From: Selaginella moellendorffii
Taxonomy: Eukaryota > Plantae > Lycopodiophyta
Direction of reading: 5' to 3'
DNA: 64,000 nt
NCBI RefSeq assembly: GCF_000143415.4
Contig: NW_003314263.1
Span: forward strand, 4,277,946 to 4,341,945
Shown here in pieces: positions 13,506-25,399 of the stretch. How positions within the stretch are numbered: position 1 is the first letter of the stretch; each line of letters starts with the position of its first letter. The translations under genes and the position numbers were made by a program. Under the pieces are notes generated by a model that was given only the letters and a program-made list of their open reading frames with translations, was not told the origin of the DNA and did no database searches.

Positions 13506-13628
13506 GGGAGATTTATTCTGGGCATATCCTAAAATTTAACGGTTAAGATTAGACAATGTAAAATTATGACTTTTGGAACCATAAAAAAATGGCAAATGTC
13601 TTTTAGGGCACGTGACCATAAGGAGAGC

Positions 13629-13633
<5 letters not shown>

Positions 13634-13691
<58 letters not shown>

Positions 13692-13711
13692 CTGTCTGTG
13701 TGTGTGTGTGT
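13634..13711. repeat. Compound (CT)n(GT)n microsatellite
   Basis: Directly visible. Confidence 0.95.
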
Positions 13712-13789
13712 CCTCATTGCAGAGCACCTCAGTAGTTGATTTCAGATCATACTTTCCTGGTGGACCATTCAAAGAACCATGGAATGATT

Positions 13790-14007
13790 TAGAAGGCTAC
13801 AGTCAGCCGTACCTGAAGAACTGAAGCTGCCACCGGTTGGTTCATTCTCGAGTTCAAAAGCTCAGGATACCATGGTTAATGGCCATGTGCTGGAAAATGA
13901 CAATCATTTAACCCATGCCAAAACGTTCTTCAACAGGAGAATTATTGAGTTCGTGAAGAAACGAGTCGCATTTATGGAAAAAGTACTCAACTCAGAATAT
14001 CATCTGG
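13790..14007 (+). pseudogene. Isolated exon fragment resembling the C-terminal region of PICKLE/CHD3 chromatin remodelers
   Basis: Translates LQSAVPEELKLPP...NRRIIEFVKKRVAFMEKVLNSEY and ends at a GT donor. Resembles the PKL motif RRxVEFVKKRVLLLEKAMNYEY (recalled, not searched). Confidence 0.5.
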
Positions 14008-14495
14008 TAAAAGAGTCTCAACCCCCCTATCGTTGTCCCTGAGATTCTAACTTGAGATGTTCCAGGATGACCAAGATATTCTGGCCAATTGCAGCAACAG
14101 CGGCATCGAGCCTGGCGAGGGACCAAAAACCTTCTACCAAAAGCCGCAACCTACATTTGTTCCTTATCCAACACCTTTGAGTGAGTTCCTTTGATTTAGA
14201 CACTAGAAAAAACTCTTAACACGTTCATTTTTGGACTGCTCCAGAAGAAGTCCTGGGAACGGCACTGGATAACAATCCTAAGCGGCTGAAAGTCCCAGCC
14301 TATTACAACGAGGTTGTGTTTGTTTCTCCGTTTGCATGGCTTTCTCTGTGTCGCCATAGTTGTGCTTGATGATCAGCGAGAACAGGCTCGACGCCTTCCA
14401 GACTTACGCGGGGAACAAATCTGCCGGCATCCGCCTGTGCAGGTGCATTTGGCAGATCGACGTGCTCTGCTCGGAAATGCAACGAGGATTGGGAG

Positions 14496-15200
14496 CATAG
14501 TTGCCGGAAACCGTATGAAACTAAAAAAACGTAATGTTTTAAACGCGTTAAAAAACGCCGTTCTAAACTCCCAACGCGTTTGCACTATTTGCGAAAAGAG
14601 ACAAAAGTTTCTTTAGGGTTTCTTTAGGGTTTCTTCAGAACTTCATAAGGGATCTCCCTCATTGCCTTGCACGTTTTCACACCTCTTGCCCAAACTCCAG
14701 CAAGATGTGCTCGCACTCGCTCCGCTCCCCCAGTGTGAATCTCATGACAATACTTACATGTCCAATGCCGCTCTGCTTGTATCACATGCTTCCAGCTCCA
14801 GCATTCGCAGTGTCCTCCAATTCCTGCCATGAACCCTTAAAAAATCTCGCAGCAGTTTTTCCGATTTCGAGCTAGCAGACCCAGCAGATGCCGATGATGG
14901 GCATCTGCTGCAGCAAGCCACACAGGGTTCAGGGGGGCCAGCAGAATCTATGGTGGCAAGCACGGAGAACTGGTCCAGTGCTGAGACAAGCAGAACAGCG
15001 AAATGGCTTCTTCTTTCATTTGTTTTATTATGTTATTCGGTTGGGTTTTATAAACTTAATATTAGATTAAAGTGTCTTTAGTAAATATTAGTGTTTTCTT
15101 AATCATTTTAGGCAAGCGTTTGATTGTCCTGAAAAAAACGTTTTAAACGGCGTTTAAACGTGGACGCGTTTGAACATTTGCACGTCTAGCTGCAACTATG
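14496..15200 (-). mobile_element. Non-autonomous hAT DNA transposon (705 bp) retaining a BED zinc finger
   Basis: TIR CATAGTTGC/GCAACTATG. Perfect 8-bp TSD ATTGGGAG (14488-14495, 15201-15208). Subterminal AAACG/CGTTT repeats. ORF 14830-14624 WKHV..WTCKYC..GGAERVRAHLAG..GVKTC. Confidence 0.93.
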
Positions 15201-15277
15201 ATTGGGAGTGAAAGGCAAAGAGGCTATGTGGCAGGGATGACGTCTCGGACAATGAGGGGATTCACGTTGTCATCGAT

Positions 15278-15466
15278 GACTAGAATCAAGGTTCTTCACT
15301 CTTGCTCGTCGCTATTCTTTTTTTGAGTCTCTCAAGTCCCTGTTTGTTCCAGGTTCTCGAGGCTGAAACCACGACTAGAATCAAGGTTTTTCACTCTCTT
15401 GCTCTTTGCTATTCTCTTTTGAGGCTTAAAGTTCCTGTTTGTTCCAGGTGCTCAAGGCTGGAACCA
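15278..15466. repeat. Two diverged ~95-bp tandem copies
   Basis: GACTAGAATCAAGGTT...TGTTTGTTCCAGGT...GGCTG.AACC starts at 15278 and 15373. Confidence 0.8.
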
Positions 15467-17830
15467 AGAGAAAAAATAGAAATTTTCGTCCACAGTTTGC
15501 TTCCTTGTTCTTCAGTTTTGCGTTTTTAATGCATTGAGAGGGATTTCTAATTTGCAGCGTGATAGTCATACTGGACAGCCATACATGGTGCTCTTCAGTT
15601 TATGACAAGTTCTCTTGAGGAAGATGGAATACTCTCTTATAACGGTTATGGCTGTTCATATCTGAGGGTTTCATGTCTAACTCTCTCTCGTGTCACTTTG
15701 CAGCATTAGGAACAAAACAAGGAGAGCGAGCTCCTTGTTTCTTCACTGTTGATAAGTTTCTTTCTCGCATTTTTTGCAGTTGTGTCGCCACTGTTTCTGA
15801 GTCTCCAGAATGAATGCTTTGGAAATGGGTATGTATATGATTTACGGTCTTTGCAACGTAAGTTGAATGTGTTTGCAAAAGAACAGGTCATGAGTACTGG
15901 GAAGATGAAAGCATTGAAGAAAAAAAGCCAGCATGCAGGCAAATGATGAACATATTTCACCCATATGATCCTGTCGCTACAGGTATCAATATACTGCTGT
16001 GTTAGCAGTGTTTACATTTATCCTTTCGTCTTGATTACAAAGTGGAACCTCTGATATCTATTCTTTTTGGAGAAAGTCAGTGAATATCTTGGGATACAGG
16101 TAAACATAGTGCTTTGTACGTTTTGCTATCAAAGCTAGAGGAAGTTCTTCGGTTGGGGTATGGTTTTGTCACAGCTTTTTACGGCAGTATGGTGACAGAA
16201 AGGCTATCTAGAAGTCCCAATGGTAGAGTCAACTTAATGCTACAGGTAAGTCTTGCTCTTTGCTATCACGTCATTCTCGTGTGGATCCAGGATACAAAAT
16301 TTAAGCACCACTACAAATCGCTATCTGATCAACGACAGCAGTGGCTGGATAGAGAGAGGAGATTTGGAGTCGGAATCACAGCAGTAGCAGTAGCAGCAGC
16401 AGCATCACCAGTGAGAAGATCTCAAGGCCATGAGAATCCTCCACCAGTTTGGGATCAGTCACATGTACGTAGCGGCCAGGTGAGAAGGGCAGTGCGAGGG
16501 ACAGGGACGAAGATCTCACAAGGGACACGGATGAAGATCTTACAGGGTCTGTCATCACCCACGAGCAGCAGAGATTGATGAGGTCCTGGTTTGCTCTATC
16601 ACTTTGGAGCCATTTCTGAGTGGCAAGGTGAGCTTCAACGTGGTGGCAGTGATTCAGAGCAGCAGCTCTAGAAGTGGTAATGATGACCATGCATTTCTCT
16701 ACAGGGACACGGTGCTGTACAAATCCAATTACTATCAGCATCACATGTCTGAGGACAAATTAAGTGAAGTGGTGCCAGATTCAATTGTATTTGTGTTGTA
16801 ATACTACATTATATATAAGGTGTCTCCTACCCTTGACTGGCTACAAAAACTAGCAAATGTCTTTCCCTCTTTGCTCTAAGTGAGCACTCTGACCAACACA
16901 CATAACAGTAACATATGTGTCGAGAAGGCCAAGTACAAGCCCACTGCTCAGTTCAAGCTCAAAGTCACCTTGCTTCTCTACATTTATATCAACAGCTCCT
17001 CTACATAATCAAGCTGTGTATTCCACATGAACCATGGAGCCTATAGTTGGCTTGTCGCAAGATGTCTCTTCTCCTCTGGTATTCCTGTTGAAGCACTAAG
17101 CAACAAGTAAGCATTACAAAGCTTACACCATCACTCACAGTCACTTTCGCAAAAGCTTACTTAAATTCCACGCTTGTGCAAACTCAGAATCATGTAAATA
17201 TGAGCGCACACTCGCAGTTATGCTCGCTGTCCCAATACAGAATTTTCCTCCTCTTTAGTGCTACTGATATCAGCACATGGAACTAAAGAGAATCCAATCA
17301 CTGCGAAGAGGAACCCACCAAAAAAATTCCCTCCCGTGCTGTTTAGAACTCTCATAGCAGGCCGGAAGATAGGGCTTCACGCATTCTTCCAGGGCTTGAG
17401 CATGGAGTTGGGACGGTAGCATTCTCTGTGGTAGTGCCATTGCAAGGGATTTCAATATAACATGTTCTTGGGGCCTAGATCGAGAAGCTTTATGGAACCA
17501 CTCCACTGGAATCATCTCCACATGGTGGGGTAGCCTCGAGCAGATTGTTATGATGATCCCTATTTGTCTCTGTCTTTCCTGCACATGATGTGGTGGAGAA
17601 CACAAGGACAACAACAACATTGGCTTCGCATAATGAGCCTCTGGGAAAGTCTTGCAAACAGTTCCATACGGTTCTCAACTATTTGCGGCGTATGGATCAC
17701 AGATGTGGTGACTCTTGTACTCAGTGTGCTGCCTAACTCTTCACTTATTTCCGGAGCAGCAAAAACACTTATACAGGAATCGGCAGCCCTAAATTCTAGG
17801 AATATGCCCAGGAAGAAGGAGAATTGTTCT

Positions 17831-19508
17831 CTACTTTGGAGGTGCGCAGCGATAGCACTTTGGAAAGGGCCTGGTTCCCTCCAACACCTTGACGAAAGTG
17901 TGGACGTCGCCCCACAGGCCCAGCCCACATTGCATGACCAGCATCCACAGGATAATCCCCAGGCAAACGCTCAAATCCACCCCCCAGCCCAGCCTCGACA
18001 GGGATTTGGAGCCTCGCCGCGGCCGCGGCAACCAAAAGACTGCGATGTAAGCCGCGCACGGGATGATGAAGAAGTTCCAGGACACAAGGATGGCGTCCAA
18101 GAGCTTGTTGATTGCACCGAAGAAAGGGAAGGCGAGAGCGGTGATCCACAGCGCCAGGAACACCGGTATCCGGGACAACGTTCGCTTCACGTAGCTTGGT
18201 GAGTCGTGGATGCGCACTATCTTCTCCCACGTCGCGTAGAGTGCGAGGGAGTACATGCCAAAGTTGATAACCTGATGAATTGGGTTTCTCTCGATCGATC
18301 AGAGAAGATGTAGAACTTGGAGCTCATATGGATCCATGGTATACTAACCACATGAAGGAGGATGAGGACGTTGGCACTGTCGTGAAACTTTGATCTTGGG
18401 AGTAGCAACATTGCGTTTGGGGTGGCGAGAAGCTTGTCTCCAAATTTGCGTTCCATGCTGATGCTTGGAAGCATGACCACCACCAAAATGCAAGCCATCC
18501 CGTAGAGATTTGCTGCCTGGTACTCGTCAGGCTTCCACATTGCATCCATGATCTCCCTTGTAGTGAAAACACATTATCAAGTATGAAACTTTACTAGTGT
18601 GACATGATCTTACACAGGGATGGGAACGTTTCCGAGGATCAGCATCCCGACCAAACCGGTAAAATATTCCTGGGAGCTTCGTGGTGACGAATGACTGACG
18701 TTTCCGGCCTGTGGGAATGATTTTAGTAATGATTGAAAAGTATAGTCTTGCCTTTCTGTCAAACAGCGTTGCTATTGTCATGTAAGCAGAGTCAAAGATA
18801 ATAGTGACCACTCCCAGGAACGACCAAACTCTGTAGTTGTGAGCGCTCGGGAAAAGAATTGGCAGCGAGAAGATTGCCCCAAACACAAACGTCCAGGTTC
18901 TCTTGTCCAAGTTGTCATTCACGGTGTATGCCACACTGCCCCAATTGACAAGGAAGTCTGAGATATGATCGAGAGTGACAAAAAAAATGTCAGAAAGAAC
19001 TCTCACTTGCTACATGCTATCAGTTGAGCCGATGAAACATAGAAGAGTGTGACAATGTTGAACACGAGGGAAACAATCTTCCATTTAGATCCCAGAAGCC
19101 CTCCAATAACTTCGTGAAGCTGCGGTGCTCTTAAGTGGTCGATTCTAAAACTCTTTGATTGTACCTGAGTCGTGTGCCAGGGTTGATTCGCTGTTGTCTC
19201 TGGATTCACCATCCGCTTGTGTCTCAAGTAGAGAACATTTATCGCGGATTGAGACCACAATCCCATCGCCGATAGAAGGAGCTGGAAAACAATGGCCGAA
19301 GGCAGCCCCAATTGAGCAGTGGATTGTGGAAAAGTGAGGAGCCGCGAAGCCAGCTACACATGTTTGTATGATACTAGTCAGGCACATCTATCTCGAGAAA
19401 TCAGTGAGAAACCTTCGCAGCAACAATGTTGAGCCAGGCATCGAATGTGGAGCCTCCGTGCCACAAGAGACGAAGAGCGGCTTGATCCCATGATTTTGTT
19501 GCGGACAT
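17831..19508 (-). CDS. Divergent AUX1/LAX-family permease, apparently intact, multi-exon
   Basis: MSATKSWDQAALRLLWHGGSTFDAWLN, QLIACS, NDNLDKRTWT, HNYRVWSFLG, EIMDAMWKP, FPFFGAIN, CYRCAPPK*. Exons join in frame. Confidence 0.85.
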
Positions 19509-20730
19509 GGGAGAATGGAAAGTTATCTTGTTCACTCACCGTGTTATCTAGGACGAAAGGCTGACGTGGTCCCCCCCCCCCCATCTGTCAAGAAAATTAA
19601 GTGGGGTTGGACACGTTTTGAGCGACAGTGTACCACCTTTGAAGATAGAAACACTTGGGAGACGGTCTCGTGACTGGGTGGTCAAAACGCATGGAGCGAT
19701 GATGCTTCTGATGAGTAGGGCGTCTCGATCATGACTTCAATGGAGCTCCTGACAAATTCATGGAGGAGAGCTTTCGCAATTTTTCATGTGGGATGGAGGG
19801 ACAGCCTTGATTGAAACGATCAATTTGCAAACCTATTGTCAGAAATAAACACCATTCTTTATTTAGGTGGACCCCATTTGTTTATTTGGACGTCATACAC
19901 CTCATTATTATAAATTAAAGATTATTCTAGTATATTATTTTTCAATTATTTAAGTATTTAAAGGTAAAAAATAAATTATACTTTTTATTGTTGGAATAAG
20001 ACCAACTGTAATACAAAAAGTAAATGAATTTACCTTACTATTAGTTCTCTTAGTAAGATCAGAAAAAGAAAGAATACTATCTAATGATGGTCTACACATT
20101 CCAATCTAGCCATAATGCTAAACAGAATGAACAAAATAAGAAAGAAAATATAAGAAGGAACACAAATATAAACACAATTAGGAAAAACCTAAACCAAGCA
20201 GAGGTTATATACTTAATTATAAAATTATAATTGTTTCTGGATTTTGTTGAGTGAGCAAGCACAGAGTTTTGATTCAATTTTCTTTGGCAATGGCAAAAGG
20301 TGTGGATGGATAATAATACAAGTGAGGCGAGGTAGTCAGATTTGTTCACATGGACATCATATGATCAATAGTAAATTCATTTACTTCACCACAAACAGCC
20401 TTAATAGCCAAAGGCACCATTATAACTACTAATTAAAATTTAATGTTACTAATTTAAAATTAATCATTAAACATTTAGGGTAATTCACTAATTCATTCTT
20501 TAGGGTTTTACAAATATAAGAAGTAAGGAAACCCGACCGTGACTTTCTGACCTTTTGAGTTTAAGCAAGACTTTTTGAGTTTAAGCGAGAATCAAATTGC
20601 ACAATCCTTTTTTGAAGATTCACGAGATCACCTTGATTCTCACGAATCTTCAAAAAAGGCTTGTTACCATGACTTTTGATTTTGGATTTTTTGCCAAGGG
20701 CCTTCACCTCTGCGGGATGTCGAGATAGAT

Positions 20731-22100
20731 ATGGAGCACCAAGCTCTTGAGGTGGAGGGGCAGAGCCTCGATCAAAATGATCAATCACAAAACAAGCTAC
20801 AAAGGAGCTCATTCCTACATGCAACATTCAACAGTGTCAGTGCCATACTTGGTGAGTGATAAATCGATTTTCTTATTTGGAAAGCTTCAAGCAAGCTGCC
20901 TTGATTCTTTGCAGGGATTTCTTTCCTCACCACACCCTACGCTCTCGAGCAAGGTGGCTGGCTGGGTTTGAGCATCCTGTTTGCATTTTCAGTGATATGC
21001 TGCTATACTGCCTATGTTCTTGGTCGCTGCCTCATCCCAAATGGATCATACAACACAATTGCCGAGGCTGCCTTCGGTTCCAGAGCTCGCCTTCCCTTCA
21101 CCTTGCTGGTTCAATTCGAGATGATAGCAGTGTTGGTGGGCTACACGATTTCCATGGGTGACAATCTTGCCAGGCTATTCCCTCATGCTACTCTTCGGAT
21201 CTCAGCTCTTGAGATTGGCCCTTCCAAGGTGCTGCTTTTCATAGCGTTCCTCGTTGTTCTTCCAACAGTCTGGCTGAGAAACTTGGCATGGATATCATAT
21301 CTATCTCTATTCGGTATTGTTACGTACATGATCATCACGGTTACAATGATTTATGTTGGAACTGGATTGGGTGTCGGGTTTCACCACTCGGTTCCACACT
21401 TGAGACCGGAAAACTTGCTCAACATCGCGGGAATCTATGCCTACTGTTTTGCGGCTCACTGTGCTCTTCCTAGTGTTTATACGTCGCTCAAGAATCCCTC
21501 CAACTATGCAAAGGTACCATTTTTATCGACTGACACGGAGATGTAAAACTAAACTTTGTACTGGACTTCTAGGTGTTGGTTCTCAGTTTTATGATCTCCA
21601 CCATGATATACATTGGATTCGCGTTTCTAGGAGGAACCATGTTTGGGGACTATACACTTCCGCAAGTATCTCTAAATATTCCCACACACTTGGTTGCTGC
21701 CAAGCTTGTGCTATGGCTGGTTGTTCTCCTTCCATTCAGCAAGTATTCGCTATGCCTTGCTCCCATAGCTCTCGATATTGAGAGCAAATTCCCGTGGCCC
21801 AATACTTCGAGATGTTTTGTGGCATCCAGCCTGCTTCTCAGGACCGGTCTCATGATCTTCGTTTTTTTGTTGGCTATGGTTTTTCCATATTTCGAAACCG
21901 TGGTGGCATTTATAGGCTCTGCCTCAGGCATGCTCGTAGCGGTGATCCTTCCTTCGTTATTTTATTTGAAAATATACAGAAACGTGATGCCAAAGTGGGA
22001 GGCCCGAGTCAACTATGCCATCTTGGCTGTGGGAACTGCGGTGGGCGTGGCTGGAACCATCGCGTCCATCATCAATTTTGTGCACCGCATAAGATCATGA
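20731..22100 (+). CDS. AVT1-like amino acid transporter (second copy), 3 exons
   Basis: Inverted near-identical paralog of 1287-2669; intact frames. Confidence 0.88.
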
Positions 22101-22176
22101 TCATCATCCAAGTAACTCTTCATTTGAAGAATTTTCAAATAAAAAGATGACAGAGTTATATAACTTATGATGGCAT

Positions 22177-23331
22177 TCAAATCTCTCCATCCCATAGCTC
22201 AAACGGTGACTTGTAAGGACTGGTAGTGAAATTGCACAAAGCATCCCACATACCAAGCCTTTCCTGTGCGATGCTCTCGATTCGTTTATGGTCCTCGTCT
22301 GCCAAGCTGAAATCGAAGCTGTTTATGTTTTCCAGCAGTCTCTGGGAGTTGTAGCTCTTGACAACGGGAGCTACGTTGCTTTCCGTGAGCCATCGTATGA
22401 TCACCTGTACGCATGGATGAATGAAACTTAACGGGAATCAAGAAAACTATGTACCTGAGCAGGAGATTTGTGGTGCTTTAGAGCGATTTCCTGGATAACA
22501 GGATGCTCTATAACGGATTTGCTTCCCCAAGGCTTGCCAAGACCACCTAGAGGTGACCAAGCAATCACTTGGACACAATTTCTCTTGCACAAGTCTCTCA
22601 ACTGCTCTTGCTGCCACAATGGATGTACTTCAACCTTGAAGAGTGACAACAGAACTTGGTAGAAGTTTTCTTAAAGATCATGGTATTACCTGATCCACTG
22701 CAGGAGTGATCTTTGCATGTTGAAGCAAGTCGTGCAGCTTTTTCGTGCTAAAGTTACTCACACCGATTGCCTTGGCCAGCCCCTTTCGAAAGCATTCTTC
22801 CATGGCTTCCCAAGTAGCCGGGATGTCCACAGGTAAGAAATCTTCCTCCTTGGGTGGGAATGGAGCTCCTCTGGTTGTTCTGAGTGGAGCATGTATCAAG
22901 AACAAGTCCACATAGTTCATCTTCAAGGCACTACTCGAACTTGTGAGAAGAAACAAAAAATATATCCTCCTATACCTGAGGCTTTTCTGGAGTGCTGGGA
23001 GAACATCCTGGCTACCGTGATCCTCGTGTTTGAGCTTTGTCGTGAGGAAAATATCCTCTCTACTAACAAGGCCAGTTGCAAAAGCTTGGGCAAGTCCCTC
23101 TCCAATGCCAGCTTCAGTTCCATACAAGCCAGCAGTATCAAAGTGCCGATATCCGAGCTATGGATTTTCATTTGCATTCGACATTTGGGAGAAAAAGGTA
23201 AAACAAACCTTGATAGCACACACAACCGCAGCTTTCATTTCCTCCACGCTGATGGGCGTACCACTTCCAAAACCCAGTGATGGAATGGAAGCTCCAGTGT
23301 TGAGCTTAAAAAATGGCTGCTTCATCGTCAT
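22177..23331 (-). CDS. NADPH-dependent aldo-keto reductase (plant AKR4-like)
   Basis: FKLNTGASIPSLGFG, YRHFDTAGLYGTE, FLTTKL, YVDLFLIH, IGVSNFS, VEVHPLWQQ, ELWDGEI*. Catalytic D/Y/K/H present. Confidence 0.92.
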
Positions 23332-23547
23332 CGCCACTGGCAAGGCTAGGGTAATCTCCTACAGGTAAAAAAAAACTTTTTTTTGTTCAATGCTTAGATT
23401 TATATACTGATTGATGTAAAGCAAAACTTTTGCTAGAAAAAAATACATACATTTCTCACGAGTAATGTACATTTATAATGGGGACCTTTTTCATGCTTAT
23501 TTGGCAATCTAGATCCCACAAAAAGAAATAAAAGAATCGAAGTTTGT

Positions 23548-24690
23548 TCATGATCCCGTCAGTGGTAATTTCAGTCCTAGAGGTGTCTCAGGACCATTAT
23601 ATGTTGTGGGTGCATAAGTCCAGTACTCATCAGAGCTTAACATCTGCATAATAAAGCTTAACAAAATTAGTAATCGTGTTTAGAGACCATTTTGTGACAA
23701 CTCACGTTGACTTGCAGCTGTAGAAACTTCACGTAATGTATTGCTTCTTCAAGCATTGTCACAATGTCAACCTGCATGGTAAATTCATTGAGTAAACTAA
23801 GCAGAAGATTCTTTTAATTTACCTTTGCACCATTTGGAACAAGGTGTTGTAAAGTTTTGAGCCTCTCGTTGATCCTCTCTCTCCGGTGCTGGAGTTTTAA
23901 CATTGATCAGAGATAACATTGGACAAGAGCGAAAAATACTCACCCTTGCATAAACGCTTTGGGGATCTGTTGCAGATCCACGCTTTGCTCGGGGCTTGCC
24001 ATTCGTGTTGAGAGCTGGCCCAGCAAAGTTCACACTTGAGAGCTTATGCTTGGATTCATTCGTAGGTGAGCTCCATCCTTGAAGCCTTTGATCCTTCACA
24101 AGGAAGAACAGGAGATAGTTCAATGACAAGCTCAATGGAATCCAGCCAATCGATCTTACCAGGCACTGCCTCTTGTTGCTTATAAGATCTGAAGCAGCAG
24201 TGAATGGCTGCCTTTGCTCCAGCTCCGAGCAATTGGGATTGAACACTCCGCTGCGAGCGCTGCCGGGGCTGTTGTCCTCGCAGTTGACTAGCGTGGACTG
24301 GTCGAGAGACTCTCGTTTGAGGGATTTGAGCGGCTTCACCTGCATTGCCGGGGAGACCATCTGGAAGCATGGCACCGCAGTTTCATACTGCTGGCCATAG
24401 GGCCTAGAGGACGCGATGAGAAAATTGAGGTTGAAACCTCCAAATTGATCTAAAGTCTGCTGGGATTGTGAGATGAGAGTCGAGGAATTGAGGAGCTCTG
24501 TGGATGAATCTGCATTGCTTCGCTGCGGCTGCTGCAACGATGCCCAATCGTAGTCCTGGTCGAAAAACGAGGAAGAAATGTCGGAGAGAGAGTTATTGGA
24601 AGACGCCTGATCCTGATCTGGGGACGAGTGAGAGTGGTGATGAGCTCTGGCAGAAGCGGGCGGCAATAAACTGCTGCAACAATCATCCAT
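23548..24690 (-). CDS. RSL: Class II RSL (ROOT HAIR DEFECTIVE SIX-LIKE) bHLH transcription factor
   Basis: ALNTNGKPRAKRGSATDPQSVYAR|HRRERINERLKTLQHLVPNGAK|VDIVTMLEEAIHYVKFLQLQV|..LSSDEYWTYAP (RSL domain); 5 exons. Confidence 0.92.
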
Positions 24691-25399
24691 TGCTATCAAA
24701 ATCTGATTCAGTATCTAGTGAGCAACCAACACAAAAAGTATCGAACACTTTGGCACTGGCAAATGTTGCAATATATAGTCGGATAATCCCCTCCAGTACG
24801 GTCAAAGGGCCCCAAGCAGCCGGCCAGACAACTGTATGGGCCCCGACCACGGGGGTTGACTTTTCTAAATCTCAAACTGTCGGCGGATCATTCGCAAGCA
24901 CATATTAACTTCGGCACATGGATGATCAAAGAGCAGTTCTGAAAGTAAGATTTGGATGCACTGCATTTGTGACTAAAGATCAGTGTTTTGTTTGCATTTG
25001 ATCATGTACGAATTTAGAAGCAAATCAAAGCATTACCGCATATGATGAACTTTCATGGAATTGGAGAAGATTCCCTTGGATGAACGTGTTTAAGATCATG
25101 GGAGATTTTCACCAAGGGAAGGAATCAAAAGTGAGCCACTGGTCAACTCATCAATGGTGATCATGACAAAGGAGAATGTCTGAGAGCATTTTACATTGAC
25201 CCCATGACATCATCAAGCTTTGACTCCCTCCCTAAAGTCAGCCATCATGCTTTACATGTCTCGAGCTTGTTAGCCTCGACGTGATGATTGACTTTAAGAG
25301 GCCAGAAAGAAGACAAGGGAACATCTCACGAGATTTTAAGCTGGATCTTGGATTATGCAAAGAGCTTGTCAACCCGAACATTCTCTCCACTCCATAGTG

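Noticed and set aside
16565-16625. U-box-like EVLVCSITLEPF fragment
   Set aside because: Too short; the rest of the domain is absent.
17831-24690. LAX plus RSL as a root-hair regulatory gene cluster
   Set aside because: The pathway link is known in Arabidopsis, but this LAX is atypical and proximity alone is uninformative in such a gene-dense genome.
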